From an uncultured bacterium (GTDB lineage: Bacteria; Chloroflexota; UBA5177; JANWHV01), in the NCBI GenBank assembly GCA_963827235.1, contig CAWHAE010000008.1, forward strand, positions 224,001 through 288,000: 64,000 nt of DNA, written 5' to 3'. Below are positions 51,912 to 62,053 of this stretch, piece after piece (position 1 is the first letter of the stretch; each line of letters begins with the position of its first letter). The notes under the pieces are model-generated. The model was not told the origin of the DNA. It searched no databases and worked only from the letters and a program-made list of their open reading frames with translations. The position numbers and the translations under genes were made by a program.

Positions 51912-53624
51912 ATGCAGAATGCGCAGATCGCAGCCGCGCTGAATGAGATTGCCCGCCTGCTGGAGATGTCCGGTGAGAACGTTTTCCGCATCCGCGCCTA
52001 TCAGCGTGCGGCCGAGACCATCGAGAATCTGAGCGGGTCTGTCGAGGCCGTGCTTGAGCGGGATCCGCACGGTATTCCCGGCGTCGGCTCGGGCATAGCC
52101 GAGCACATCCGCGAGATCGTGGCGACCGGAAGCACCAAGCTGACAGGAGAGCTGCACGAACGGTTTCCGGCGGCGGTGGTGGCGCTGATGGACGTCCCTG
52201 GAGTTGGGCCGAAGCTTGCCGCGAGAGTGTATCAGGAGCTCGGCGTTGCCGATCTCGACATGCTCGAGGCGGCGTCGCTGGATGGCCGCTTGGCAGGACT
52301 CTCGCGGGTAGGCGCCAAGACCGCGGCGAACATTCATCGCAACATCGAAGCATACAGGCGACGGGGCGGAAGACGGCCGCTCGGTATAGCCCGACCGCTG
52401 GCTGAAGCAGTCATGGCGGCACTCAACGCCGGGGGGACCGTGCGGCGACTGACCGCCGCGGGCAGCTTGCGGCGCTTCCAGGAGACCGTGGGCGACATCG
52501 ACCTAGTGGGCGTGTCGGAGCGGCCGCAGGAGGTGATGGACCTTCTCGTCGCGCAGCCAGAGGTCGAGCGCGTGCTGGGCCACGGTCTGACCAAGACAAG
52601 TGTGGTCCTGCGGGGCGGGCTGCAGCTTGACTTGCGGCTCGTGGAGCCGAGGGACTTCGGATCGCTGTTGCAGCACTTCACCGGAAGCGCTCAACATAAC
52701 ATTCTGCTGCGAGAATATGCCGTCTCGCGTGGCCTCAAGGTGAGCGAATACGGTATCGAGAATGTGGCCACGGGCGCGGTGCTGCACTTCGAGGACGAGG
52801 CAGGCGTGTACGACGCGCTCGGCCTGCAGTTCATTCCCGTGGAACTGCGCCAGGGACGGGACGAGATACGCCTGGCGGCGCACGGTGAACTGCCCGAATT
52901 GTTGGACCTGGACGACATGCAGGGCGACCTACACGTCCATACCCTCTGGAGTGACGGCACGGCGTCGATCGAGGACATGGTCCAGGCGGCCGAGTCCAGA
53001 GGGTACCGCTACATGGCGATCTCGGATCACTCGGGCGGTCTCGGTGTGGCACACGGTCTCGCTCCCGAACGTTTGAGAAGCCAGATCGCGGAGATTCGCG
53101 AGGTGGCGGCCCACCATCCGCAGATACGAGTTCTCGCCGCGTCGGAAGTTGACATTCGAGCGGACGGTAGCATGGATTTCCCCGACGACGTACTGGCCGA
53201 ACTGGACGTCGTGATCGGCTCGATCCACTCGGCCATGAGCCAGACTGGAGAGGACGCCACTCGACGCCTCCTCCGTGCCGTGGAGAACGAGCACGTGGAT
53301 GTCATTGGCCATCCATCCACGCGCATCGTGGGTGGCAGAGAGGGCATGCCGTTCGACCGAGAAGTGGTATTCAAGGCTGCCGCGCGTACGGGCACCGCAC
53401 TGGAGATTAACGCGAACCCATCGCGCCTCGACCTCTCTGATGTCGATGCGCGCCGGGCAATCGAGGTCGGCGCGAGACTGGTCATCAACACGGACGCCCA
53501 CGTGGAGGGCCATATGGACTTTATGGAGTACGGAGTTCGCACGGCCCGCAGGGCTGGTGCTCGGCCAGATCACGTGTTGAACGCCGGTACGTTCGATGCG
53601 CTGCAGGCCTGGCTTCGCCGTTGA
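51912..53624 (+). CDS. polX: DNA polymerase X with PHP exonuclease domain
   Basis: FRIRAY, GSLRR..GDID, DLRL, HFTGS; PHP DLHVHT, DHS, DAH. Confidence 0.95.
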   Translation: MQNAQIAAALNEIARLLEMSGENVFRIRAYQRAAETIENLSGSVEAVLERDPHGIPGVGSGIAEHIREIVATGSTKLTGELHERFPAAVVALMDVPGVGPKLAARVYQELGVADLDMLEAASLDGRLAGLSRVGAKTAANIHRNIEAYRRRGGRRPLGIARPLAEAVMAALNAGGTVRRLTAAGSLRRFQETVGDIDLVGVSERPQEVMDLLVAQPEVERVLGHGLTKTSVVLRGGLQLDLRLVEPRDFGSLLQHFTGSAQHNILLREYAVSRGLKVSEYGIENVATGAVLHFEDEAGVYDALGLQFIPVELRQGRDEIRLAAHGELPELLDLDDMQGDLHVHTLWSDGTASIEDMVQAAESRGYRYMAISDHSGGLGVAHGLAPERLRSQIAEIREVAAHHPQIRVLAASEVDIRADGSMDFPDDVLAELDVVIGSIHSAMSQTGEDATRRLLRAVENEHVDVIGHPSTRIVGGREGMPFDREVVFKAAARTGTALEINANPSRLDLSDVDARRAIEVGARLVINTDAHVEGHMDFMEYGVRTARRAGARPDHVLNAGTFDALQAWLRR

Positions 53625-53935
53625 GACGCCGGCCGACGCCGCCGGCTGGCGCGGCGTCCACATGCCGGGCTGGTAGCGCCTTCGACGGGCTCGACAGCTG
53701 AGCCGGACTGGGTGCAGCAGACTTCGGCCAGGGCGGGACTGACATCTGTGATCCAGCGCTTCCGGTCGCCTCGATCGCCTCCGGACATGCCCGGCACCGC
53801 TTCCATCGTCGTGAGACAACAAGCCCATGCGTCACAATGCCCAGGTGGGCACTTTCGGCACTTCTGCCAGGACCTCCGACGCGTAACTGGAGGTGTGCTA
53901 GACTGGGAGGCAAAGCAGTTGGAGGGAGCATCGAA

Positions 53936-54268
53936 TTGACATTTCAGTGGCCTAGGACCGCAATAGCCGTGGCTGTCCCAGCGGTGTTCCTGGCCGTGGC
54001 AGTGCTGCAGTGGAGCAGACGCAATTCATCCAGCGTTCCGGAGGCTGGCTCCACGGCGATCGAGAAGAGCACCAGGGTGGCTGAGAAGAGTATCAAGGCC
54101 GTGGAGAAGGCGGTAGCGAAGCCGAAGGCTAAGGCAGCAGTCAAGAAACACAAGCCGAAGAGCTATCCGCGGTACTTCCTAATCAGTCTGCTCATTCGAG
54201 CGCTCGAACACGACAGCTCGCGCAAGGCAGTGGTCGGGGTGCTGAAGATTGCCCAGAAGCGCGCATAG
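53936..54268 (+). CDS. Small membrane-anchored Lys-rich protein
   Basis: GGAGGGAG before TTG; N-terminal TM and Lys/Ala-rich linker. Confidence 0.6.
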   Translation: MTFQWPRTAIAVAVPAVFLAVAVLQWSRRNSSSVPEAGSTAIEKSTRVAEKSIKAVEKAVAKPKAKAAVKKHKPKSYPRYFLISLLIRALEHDSSRKAVVGVLKIAQKRA

Positions 54269-54450
54269 GCCGGACTGCCGCGGCTGCCCGCGACGGGTAG
54301 CTTTGGCTTGCCGGTGAGCCGGACGCCGATCGCGTGGGCGATGGCCCGGTGGCAATCCATGCCGCTGACCAGGAGTGCTGCGCATACCGGCGGATGCCGG
54401 ACACGGCTGTATTTCAGGCCCGCTGAATCGACGCTTATCCCGTCGTCTCA

Positions 54451-54479
54451 TTGTTTGACCAGAGTACGAGGGCTATAAT
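54451..54479 (+). promoter_or_regulatory. Sigma70-type promoter, probably giving a leaderless mRNA
   Basis: TTGTTT-17 bp-TATAAT; GTG start 7 nt after the -10; no SD sequence. Confidence 0.6.
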
Positions 54480-54485
54480 TCAGCC

Positions 54486-55115
54486 GTGCGTATCGAACAG
54501 ATTCCTCCGAGTTGGCAACGGGAAGTTGTCTCTCCCGCGTACGTCGTTGGTCCTGTCGTCACCCTCCGCCACATCTCTCTCGGCTTCAGCCGAGAAGAGA
54601 TCCTCCGCCAGTTCCGCTGGGGCCAGGATGAGGAGCTGCAGTATTGGAGCGGCAGCGTTCCCAGTGCCACGACGCTGGCGCAGTTTGAGGCGGATGTGGC
54701 CACGTGGTCGCATCATCGCGATGCGCGGCGGGACCGTTACGCGATACTTCACGGCAACACGCAGTTTCTTGGCATGGTGAGCTACTACAACCTGAATTTC
54801 GAGCAGCTCACCGCCGAGCTCGGCATCTATATCGGCGAGCGCGACTTCTGGGGCCGGGGCGTCGGCACGGAGGCGGTGCTGACACTGCTGTCGCACCTCT
54901 TCGTCAACACCGATCTAGAATCGATGTACTTGACGACGTACGCTTCCAATGCTCGTGCTCAGGCCTGCTATCGCAAGTGCGGCTTCGACGTGACAGGCAC
55001 GATGCGGAAGTTTAGTGGGCGTATCGGCTACTATGTTGACGTCCAGATGCGAACCACACGCTCGGCATTTCTGGACCGCTTTGGCTGGCGCCCGCTCACC
55101 GTGTACGGGCGCTGA
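54486..55115 (+). CDS. RimJ/RimL-type GNAT acetyltransferase
   Basis: AELGIYIG, FWGRGVGTEA, NARAQACYRKCGF. Confidence 0.88.
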   Translation: MRIEQIPPSWQREVVSPAYVVGPVVTLRHISLGFSREEILRQFRWGQDEELQYWSGSVPSATTLAQFEADVATWSHHRDARRDRYAILHGNTQFLGMVSYYNLNFEQLTAELGIYIGERDFWGRGVGTEAVLTLLSHLFVNTDLESMYLTTYASNARAQACYRKCGFDVTGTMRKFSGRIGYYVDVQMRTTRSAFLDRFGWRPLTVYGR

Positions 55116-55148
55116 GCGACAGCATCGTCTACCTAGTTTGGGGGCACC

Positions 55149-56738
55149 ATGGCTGACAGAGATGCGCGGCCGATCATCGACCTCATCCGAGCTCCGGCGA
55201 GCGGGCGTCGGGTAGAGTTGTCCGAGATCGCAATTCGTCTGCATGGCACCGACGACGTTGCGGTGGCGATCGAGGATCTGGCGGCAGGAACTCCTGTTGC
55301 CGGTCCTTTCGGGCCCCTGACCGTATCGAAGCTTATTCCCCGTGGGCACAAGATCGCGTTGCATGCTCTGGCGGCTGGAGATCCCGTGCGTCGATATGGC
55401 CAGACGATCGGCTTTGCGTCAACGAGCATTCACGAAGGCGACCACGTCCATACGCACAACATGGCGGTCCGAGAGTTCAGTCGCGATCCGGCATTTGGCA
55501 CCGAAGCCATACCGGTGGCATTGGTGCCGGCGGATGAACGGCGGACCTTCGAAGGCTACAAGCGCGCCGGCGGTCGGGTGGGCACGCGCAACTATGTTGC
55601 CGTCATCTCGACGGTGAACTGCAGCGCCACGGCCTGCAGGCGTATCGCGCAACGCTGCAGCGCCGATCTCTCCGAGCGTTTTCCGCACGTGGACGGGGTG
55701 ATCGCGCTGACCCATCACGGCGGCTGCGGTGCTCGCTACGGCGGCCCGGAGGTGGACCAGCTCCAGCGCACGCTTGCGGGATTCGCGCGGCACCCCAACG
55801 TCGGCGGTTTCATCGTCGTCGGGCTCGGCTGCGAGATCAACCAGATTCAGGACCTCGTGTCTCGGCACGATCTGGGCAGCGACGTCGTGCGGTCTCTGGT
55901 CATTCAGGACGAGGGCGGGCTGGCCGAGACAATCGACGCCGGAGTCACCGCGGTGACCTCGATATTGCCTACTGTCGAGAGCTGCCGGAGGACCACGCAG
56001 TCCGTGGAACATCTGGTAGTGGCCTTGCAGTGCGGCGGCAGCGATGCCTGGTCGGGCGTGACGGCGAATCCTGCGCTTGGATTTGCCGCCGATCAGATCG
56101 TGCGCCAGGGCGGCACCGTGGTGCTGGCCGAAACGACCGAGGTCTATGGCGCCGAGCATCTGCTCACCAGGCGAGCACGCAGCCGGGAGGTGGGCGAAGC
56201 GCTTCTGGAGCGGATTCGGTGGTGGGAGCAGCACACCGCGGCCATGGGATGCGAGATCGACAACAATCCCAGTCCGGGCAACAAGGCGGGCGGGCTGACC
56301 ACGATCTTCGAGAAGTCACTCGGCGCTATCGCCAAGAGCGGGACCACGCCGATGAACGCAGTGTACAAATACGCCGAGCAGATCACCGAGCGGGGCTTCG
56401 TGCACATGGATTCACCTGGCTACGACCCGGTTTCCGTCACAGGCCAGGTGGCAGGCGGCTGCAACGTCGTGGTCTTCACGACCGGCCGCGGGTCTGTGTT
56501 CGGCTTCAAGCCGGCACCGTCGATCAAGGTGGCAAGCAACAGCCAGCTCTACCAGCGCATGCCGGGCGATATGGACGTCAATGCAGGGCGTATCCTCGAG
56601 GGTGCAACGCTGAGCGAGGTGGGTTCTGAAATCCTCGAGGAAGTTATCGCGGTCGCTTCGGGTGCGAAGAGCAAGAGCGAAGCCCAGGGAGTGGGCGACG
56701 AGGAATTCAACCCATGGATCATCGGCGCCACACTCTAG
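55149..56738 (+). CDS. uxaA: UxaA/GarD family altronate-type dehydratase with SAF domain
   Basis: IPRGHKIAL, HTHN, VGTRNY, QCGGSD, NPSPGNKAGG, FTTGRG. Confidence 0.9.
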   Translation: MADRDARPIIDLIRAPASGRRVELSEIAIRLHGTDDVAVAIEDLAAGTPVAGPFGPLTVSKLIPRGHKIALHALAAGDPVRRYGQTIGFASTSIHEGDHVHTHNMAVREFSRDPAFGTEAIPVALVPADERRTFEGYKRAGGRVGTRNYVAVISTVNCSATACRRIAQRCSADLSERFPHVDGVIALTHHGGCGARYGGPEVDQLQRTLAGFARHPNVGGFIVVGLGCEINQIQDLVSRHDLGSDVVRSLVIQDEGGLAETIDAGVTAVTSILPTVESCRRTTQSVEHLVVALQCGGSDAWSGVTANPALGFAADQIVRQGGTVVLAETTEVYGAEHLLTRRARSREVGEALLERIRWWEQHTAAMGCEIDNNPSPGNKAGGLTTIFEKSLGAIAKSGTTPMNAVYKYAEQITERGFVHMDSPGYDPVSVTGQVAGGCNVVVFTTGRGSVFGFKPAPSIKVASNSQLYQRMPGDMDVNAGRILEGATLSEVGSEILEEVIAVASGAKSKSEAQGVGDEEFNPWIIGATL

Positions 56739-56858
56739 GTCGTGCGGGCAGGACTCGCCAGGGCGCACGACCAGCGGCGATAGTGTGGCCGTGCGTTCAA
56801 TCGCCAACAGCTCGTCTGCGGCTTGGCGAGCCACTAGGTCGCGTTCGTGGCGGTCCGA

Positions 56859-57644
56859 CTACAGCACGGTGAGCACCTCGTAGCCGGTCTCGGTGATTGC
56901 CACCGTGTGCTCGAACTGCGCGGAGCGCTTCCCATCCAGGGTGCACACGGTCCAGCCGTCGGCTAGGGTGATCGTTTCCGGCACGCCTTCGTTGATCATC
57001 GGCTCGATCGTGAACACCATGCCGGGCTTCAGCACCAGACCCGTGCCGCGATTGCCGAAATGGGAGACGCTGGGCTCCTCGTGGAGCATGCGGCCCACGC
57101 CGTGACCGACGTAGTCTCGCACGACGGAGAACCCGCGCGACTCGGCCAGTCGCTGGATGGCGGAGCCCACGTCGCCCAGGTGCGTTCCCGGCCCGCACGC
57201 GGCGACGCCGCGTTCGAGGCACTCTCTGGCCGTGTCTACGAGCTGCCTGCCCCGGGCGTCCACGCGCCCAATGAGAAAGGTCACGCAGGCGTCGCCGACC
57301 CAGCCGTCCAGGAGCACCCCGATGTCGATGCCGACGATGTCACCGTCGACCAGAGGAATGTCCCCCCTCGGAATACCGTGACAGATCACTTCGTTGACGG
57401 CGACACATATCGAAGCGGGAAAGGGGACGCGCGGGCGCGCCAACCCGTGCCCCGGCGGCGTGTATCCCTTGTAGATGGGCTCGGCGCCGTGAGCGCGAAT
57501 GAACTCCTCAGCGATGCGATCGAGCTCCAGCGTCGTGACGCCGGGCGCAATGTGCCGACGCAGCTGCTCATAGATCTGGGCGACGAGATGGCCGGCCTTG
57601 CGCAGACCGTCTATCTGACGCTCCGACTTCAAGATGACGCTCAT
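56859..57644 (-). CDS. map: Type I methionine aminopeptidase
   Basis: NEVICHGIP, DIG..D, GHGVG..HEEP, TIEPM, SAQFEHT. Confidence 0.96.
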   Translation of the reverse strand: MSVILKSERQIDGLRKAGHLVAQIYEQLRRHIAPGVTTLELDRIAEEFIRAHGAEPIYKGYTPPGHGLARPRVPFPASICVAVNEVICHGIPRGDIPLVDGDIVGIDIGVLLDGWVGDACVTFLIGRVDARGRQLVDTARECLERGVAACGPGTHLGDVGSAIQRLAESRGFSVVRDYVGHGVGRMLHEEPSVSHFGNRGTGLVLKPGMVFTIEPMINEGVPETITLADGWTVCTLDGKRSAQFEHTVAITETGYEVLTVL

Positions 57645-57896
57645 CTGCCTCCCTCATTGCTCTCAGATCGGGAACCGGCAAGGCGACTCCATCCCGGCGG
57701 TCAAGATGATTCCCGGCGACCTCGTCGCTTTCTCAAGAGCTCAGCGCGATGTCATCCCATTGTACCCGGGCGGATACCAACGTTCGCCGGTCGCTCCGGG
57801 CATACTCGAAACCTGAACCCTATTGCGACGCTCAGCAGGCACCTGCGCCCGGGATCGCTCGAGCACCGTGCCAGCCCTTGTGTGTCAGGAGGGCGC

Positions 57897-58075
57897 GTGC
57901 GCGAGACGCTTTCTCTCCGGTGCTGGATTGGCACCCAAGACAATTCGCCGCCAGAATGAGATCTGTGACCTGGCGCTTGGGCCCGCCAAGCCCGTGACCG
58001 CGGCCGTCTCCCGACTTGCCCGGCATGGCGTCATTCGGCGCGAGGCAACAATCCGCAGCGCCGTGCGGCCCGAGT
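57897..58075 (+). pseudogene. Possible frameshifted LexA-like winged-helix remnant
   Basis: AGGAGG+GTG frame ending NSPP joins by a frameshift to QNEICDLALGPAKPVTAAVSRLARHGVIRRE; resemblance by eye only. Confidence 0.25.
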
Positions 58076-58163
58076 ATGCCACCGTGCCAGGCGCACATAG
58101 GCTTGCGTCGAGTCCGCGCGTACGGGAAGCGTGGCGGTCATTCTGTGCTACGATCAGCCTGAC

Positions 58164-58895
58164 ATGGCTGATGCGATATCCGATTATTCGTCCGGCTCCC
58201 CCGTCTCGTGCACGCTGCTGGTCGACGAGCTGGGTTGCATGGACTACCAGGCTGCGCTGGACTTGCAGCGGAGTCTCCACGCCTCCCGCGTGGCCGGGGA
58301 GCGCGAGGACACGCTGCTTCTGCTCCAGCATCCGCACGTGTATACGCTGGGACGCAACTCGGATCCGGGGCACATTCTGGTGAGCGATACGTTTCTGAAG
58401 GCTCATGGGGCAACGGTGGCGCGCAACGAGCGAGGCGGAGAGGTGACGTATCATGGCCCCGGCCAGCTCGTCGCCTATCCGATCATTCTGCTTCGACCGG
58501 GGGAGCGAAGTATCACGCAGCTCGTGCGGAGGCTCGAGCAATCGATTATCGACACCCTCGCGGAGTTCGGACTGCAGGGCGGCCTCGAAGAAGGCCAGCC
58601 GGGTGTTTGGGTTGCCGGCAGAAAGATCGCGAGCATAGGCATGGCAGTGCGACGCTGGGTGGTGATGCACGGCATGGCGCTCAACGTGGATCCGGACTTG
58701 GCCTACTTCAGCTACATAAACCCATGCGGTCACGCGGGCATGCAGGTGACCAGCATGGTGCGCGAGCTTGGCCACGACATCGCGTGCGACACCGTATCGG
58801 ACTCCTTTGCCAGGCACTTTGCCTCGGTGTTCGACCGGACATTGGTGGCGGCCGGCCAGCAGTCCGTCACCCGGGGACAGTATGTCGGCGCATGA
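58164..58895 (+). CDS. lipB: Lipoyl(octanoyl) transferase
   Basis: QHPHVYTLGR, RGGEVTYHGPGQ, KIASIG, HGMALN, INPCG. Confidence 0.95.
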   Translation: MADAISDYSSGSPVSCTLLVDELGCMDYQAALDLQRSLHASRVAGEREDTLLLLQHPHVYTLGRNSDPGHILVSDTFLKAHGATVARNERGGEVTYHGPGQLVAYPIILLRPGERSITQLVRRLEQSIIDTLAEFGLQGGLEEGQPGVWVAGRKIASIGMAVRRWVVMHGMALNVDPDLAYFSYINPCGHAGMQVTSMVRELGHDIACDTVSDSFARHFASVFDRTLVAAGQQSVTRGQYVGA

Positions 58896-59727
58896 AACTC
58901 GCCTGGATGCTCCGGTAGTTGGCGTGGTGGGCGGTGCCGGCAGCATGGGCCGATGGCTGAGGTCCTTCTGGGAGCCGCGTTGCGCCCAAGTGGTCTGGAG
59001 CGACCGCGACAGCGAGCTCTCGAACGACCGTGTGGTCCGCCGCGCCGACATCACATTCGTTGCCGTGCCGCTCGGTCAGACGCCGGCGGCGTTGCGCTCG
59101 CTCGCGCCGCTGGCCGGCGAACACCAGTGCCTGGTGAGCATCGGGTCGCTGATGGAGCCGTCGGCGCGAGAGCTGGCTGCCGCACCGGGCGAGGCCCTCT
59201 GCGTGCATCCGGTGTTTGGGCCTACGGTCCGGGCGTTGGTCAATCTCCCGATCGTGGTCTCCCCGGTACGAAGCGGCCGCTGGCAGCCCTGGCTGACCGC
59301 GACCTTCCGTGAATGCGGCATGCGCGTGCGGGTGAGCAGCCCGGCGGAGCACGACCGATCGATGGCGGTGGTTCAGGCGCTTCTGCACAGTCTGTTCGTT
59401 GCTCTCAGCGCAGCAATGGACGCGGCCGGATTGCCTCCTGTTGAGGCGATCCAGTGGGCCAGTCCGACGATGAAACTGCAGCTCGGGCTGGCGGCAAGGA
59501 TTCTCAGCCAGGATAGCCGGCTCTACGCCGACCTCGTCGTTCTGAACGAACACGCGCCCGATCGACTGGACGAACTGGCTGCTCAGCTCCATCGCCTGGC
59601 GGATATCGCGCGGAGAGGGGACCGGGCCGGTTTTGTGCAGGCGTTTGAGGCCGCCCGAGCGGCCTTCGGCGATACGCTTGGCGATCTGGCCGATCGCGCT
59701 GAGACCTCCCTTGAGCACCTTCCCTAG
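58882..59727 (+). CDS. tyrA: Prephenate/arogenate dehydrogenase
   Basis: GGAGSMG, HPVFGP, EHDRSMAVVQALLH, ASP, QDSRLYAD. Confidence 0.88.
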   Translation: MSAHETRLDAPVVGVVGGAGSMGRWLRSFWEPRCAQVVWSDRDSELSNDRVVRRADITFVAVPLGQTPAALRSLAPLAGEHQCLVSIGSLMEPSARELAAAPGEALCVHPVFGPTVRALVNLPIVVSPVRSGRWQPWLTATFRECGMRVRVSSPAEHDRSMAVVQALLHSLFVALSAAMDAAGLPPVEAIQWASPTMKLQLGLAARILSQDSRLYADLVVLNEHAPDRLDELAAQLHRLADIARRGDRAGFVQAFEAARAAFGDTLGDLADRAETSLEHLP

Positions 59728-59770
59728 GCCCAGTGCCCGCGCGATCCGCGTCCCGTACGGGTGCTCAGAC

Positions 59771-61390
59771 GTGTCACACCAGGACGGTATCTCGCGCCGG
59801 TCCGCTCAAGACGTGGTGTGGGCCACCGTGATCTGCGCAGCAGTCGTGGCCGGTCTGGTCGTTCGACTGATCCTGCTGCAGCGTTATTACCTCATCCCCG
59901 ATGCGGATCAGTCGGTGCTTGGGCTCATGGCTCGGCACATACTCCTGGGCGAGCGCCCGTTGTTCTACTGGGGCCAGAGCTACACGGGCAGTGGCGAGGC
60001 CTATGTGACGGCGGCCCTATTCGGCCTGTTCGGCCAGTCGAACCTCCTGCTTCATCTCACTCCATTGGCCGCATCGACCGCTTTCACCGCCACCACGTGC
60101 GCGATCACCTGGCGCCTTTATGGCGGACAGGTGGCCGCGCTCACATCCGTGCTGCTGGCAGTCGGTCCGGCTTTGCTGGTCGATTGGAGTCTCTGGGCCG
60201 GATCCGGCTACGTGGAGGCCATGGCTGCAGGAAGCGCGGCGATTCTTCTCGTGCTGCCTTCGCAGGGCAACGACGCCTCTCTGGGACGGGTGCTCCTCGC
60301 GTTCTTCCTCCTCGGCCTTGCGGTCTGGATTCAGCCCACGGGCGCGTACTACCTGGTGGCCGTGATCGCAGCGCTAGCCGGCAGCGCCGGCCGTCCCCAG
60401 CTCCGCGTACGTGTCGTGGTCGCTGTCATCGCAGCGGGTGTCGCCGCGGCGGTAGCATTCTGCGCCGGGGCGTCATTGCTGCTCGTCTACAACCTTCAAC
60501 ACGACTGGGCGACGCTGGCCTTTATCTCCGGCCATTCGACCGGCCTGGGCCGGGCGACCGTGCTTGCGCGCGCGTTCCTCTGGGCCGGCCCAGTATTGAT
60601 CGGTTTCCTGCCTCCTTCCACCGACCGCGCGTACTTTCTTCGCTTCATTCTCGACCACTACGTACTGTACGGTGCCTCGCTCTGCATACTGTGCCTGCTG
60701 CTCTTTCGTGGATTCAGCCTGTGGAGAGCGGCCGCGAGGCGCGTGCGTGCCCCATTTTCGGCGGGAGCCGGCGGCGATATCGCCCTTGCCACCCTGGCTC
60801 TTGTGGTGCTTGCCGGTTATCTCGCCACCGGGTGGGGCGGGCAGCAATGGTCAGGTTCCGAGCCCCGCTACCTGCTGCCGCTGTATTCTGCGCTGCCGTT
60901 GGCCGTACGCCTGGCTATTCCAGCGCATCCTAGAGTCTGGCAGTGGGCCGTCGCCTGGGTAGTCGTGCTCGCCGTCGCCGGTGCCGGGCTGTCCGTCAAC
61001 ACTACGAGCTTTGCTCGGACAGACTATGTTCCCCTTGCCCGCCTATTGGAAAGTCGCGGCATCCGAGCAGTGTACGGCGACTACTGGACGGTCTATCCGC
61101 TCATGTTCGCCAGCGAGGAGCGAGTGATTGGCGTGGCAGTCGACGACGACCTGGCAAGAGGGGTGCTGAACAACCGCTACAGCCCCTATCTGCGCACCGC
61201 TGCCGCGACAAGCTCCTTCGCATGGATAGCCGCAGCGGGCAGCACGCGCGAGCGGAGCGCCATGCTCTGTCTGGAGAGCTTGAAGAGCCGCTACACCCGC
61301 CTGACATGGCAGGACCAGGTGATCATTCTGCGGCCAACCAACAGGGCATTTCCCTGGTGGAACGGAGGGCGCTGCCCTACCGTTTCTTAG
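59771..61390 (+). CDS. GT-C-type membrane glycosyltransferase
   Basis: PDADQSVLGLMARHI, FYWGQSYTGSGE, PRYLLP, YGDYW; multi-TM. Confidence 0.75.
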   Translation: MSHQDGISRRSAQDVVWATVICAAVVAGLVVRLILLQRYYLIPDADQSVLGLMARHILLGERPLFYWGQSYTGSGEAYVTAALFGLFGQSNLLLHLTPLAASTAFTATTCAITWRLYGGQVAALTSVLLAVGPALLVDWSLWAGSGYVEAMAAGSAAILLVLPSQGNDASLGRVLLAFFLLGLAVWIQPTGAYYLVAVIAALAGSAGRPQLRVRVVVAVIAAGVAAAVAFCAGASLLLVYNLQHDWATLAFISGHSTGLGRATVLARAFLWAGPVLIGFLPPSTDRAYFLRFILDHYVLYGASLCILCLLLFRGFSLWRAAARRVRAPFSAGAGGDIALATLALVVLAGYLATGWGGQQWSGSEPRYLLPLYSALPLAVRLAIPAHPRVWQWAVAWVVVLAVAGAGLSVNTTSFARTDYVPLARLLESRGIRAVYGDYWTVYPLMFASEERVIGVAVDDDLARGVLNNRYSPYLRTAAATSSFAWIAAAGSTRERSAMLCLESLKSRYTRLTWQDQVIILRPTNRAFPWWNGGRCPTVS

Positions 61391-61784
61391 TCTTCACGAG
61401 ATCGACAGGCCGAAAGCGAAGCGCCGACCATACGTTGTCGACGGCAACCTGGGTGACCGGTCGCCACCCGGTCGTCTCCATGGCTTGCCAGCAGGTGTCA
61501 CGGCTGAGATCGGTCGGCAGGCCGGCACTTTTCTTTGGATAGGCTATCCAGACCACGCCCTCCGGCTTCGCGACGGCGCTGGTGGACGCGGCTCCGCCGA
61601 GCAGGACGCCTCGATCGCGCGCGAATAGCACGACCCAATCGTACAAAACGCCAGGAGAAGGCGCAGTATCGGCGATCTCCGGAGCGGAGATTAGCGCGCT
61701 GAGCTCGTCAGGGGTGTTGAGCAATAGCGCGCGCATGCCCGGTTTGCGTAGCAGCTTAGCCAGTAGCACGGGTACGTCCATCAT
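61377..61784 (-). CDS. DUF3052-like protein
   Basis: VWIAYPKKS, DLSRD, VTQVAVDNVWSALRFR; GAGGAG RBS. Confidence 0.75.
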   Translation of the reverse strand: MMDVPVLLAKLLRKPGMRALLLNTPDELSALISAPEIADTAPSPGVLYDWVVLFARDRGVLLGGAASTSAVAKPEGVVWIAYPKKSAGLPTDLSRDTCWQAMETTGWRPVTQVAVDNVWSALRFRPVDLVKTKKR

Positions 61785-62053
61785 GAGACTGCCACTCCTC
61801 TTGCTAGATACCGGCCGGATCCCTCGAATTAGGAGCGCGCGGCTTCCGGACCAGACGGATGCCACAGTAGGTGTGGCCGCGGCTACCGCCTCAGGCAAGA
61901 ACAAGTGATGACTGCGCGTAGATGCATGCTTGACAGCCGGACGGCCGCGAACGCAGAACCATGATACCGCGCTGCCCGTCTACGGCGATAAGCGTGGCCG
62001 CGCCTCCGCAGTACAATGCGAGGAGAGTCTGCCATGAGATGGGAGCGGCGGCG

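Noticed and set aside
51912-53624. PolX as an inactive variant or part of a defence system
   Set aside because: Catalytic Asp residues and PHP ligands are intact and the context is housekeeping
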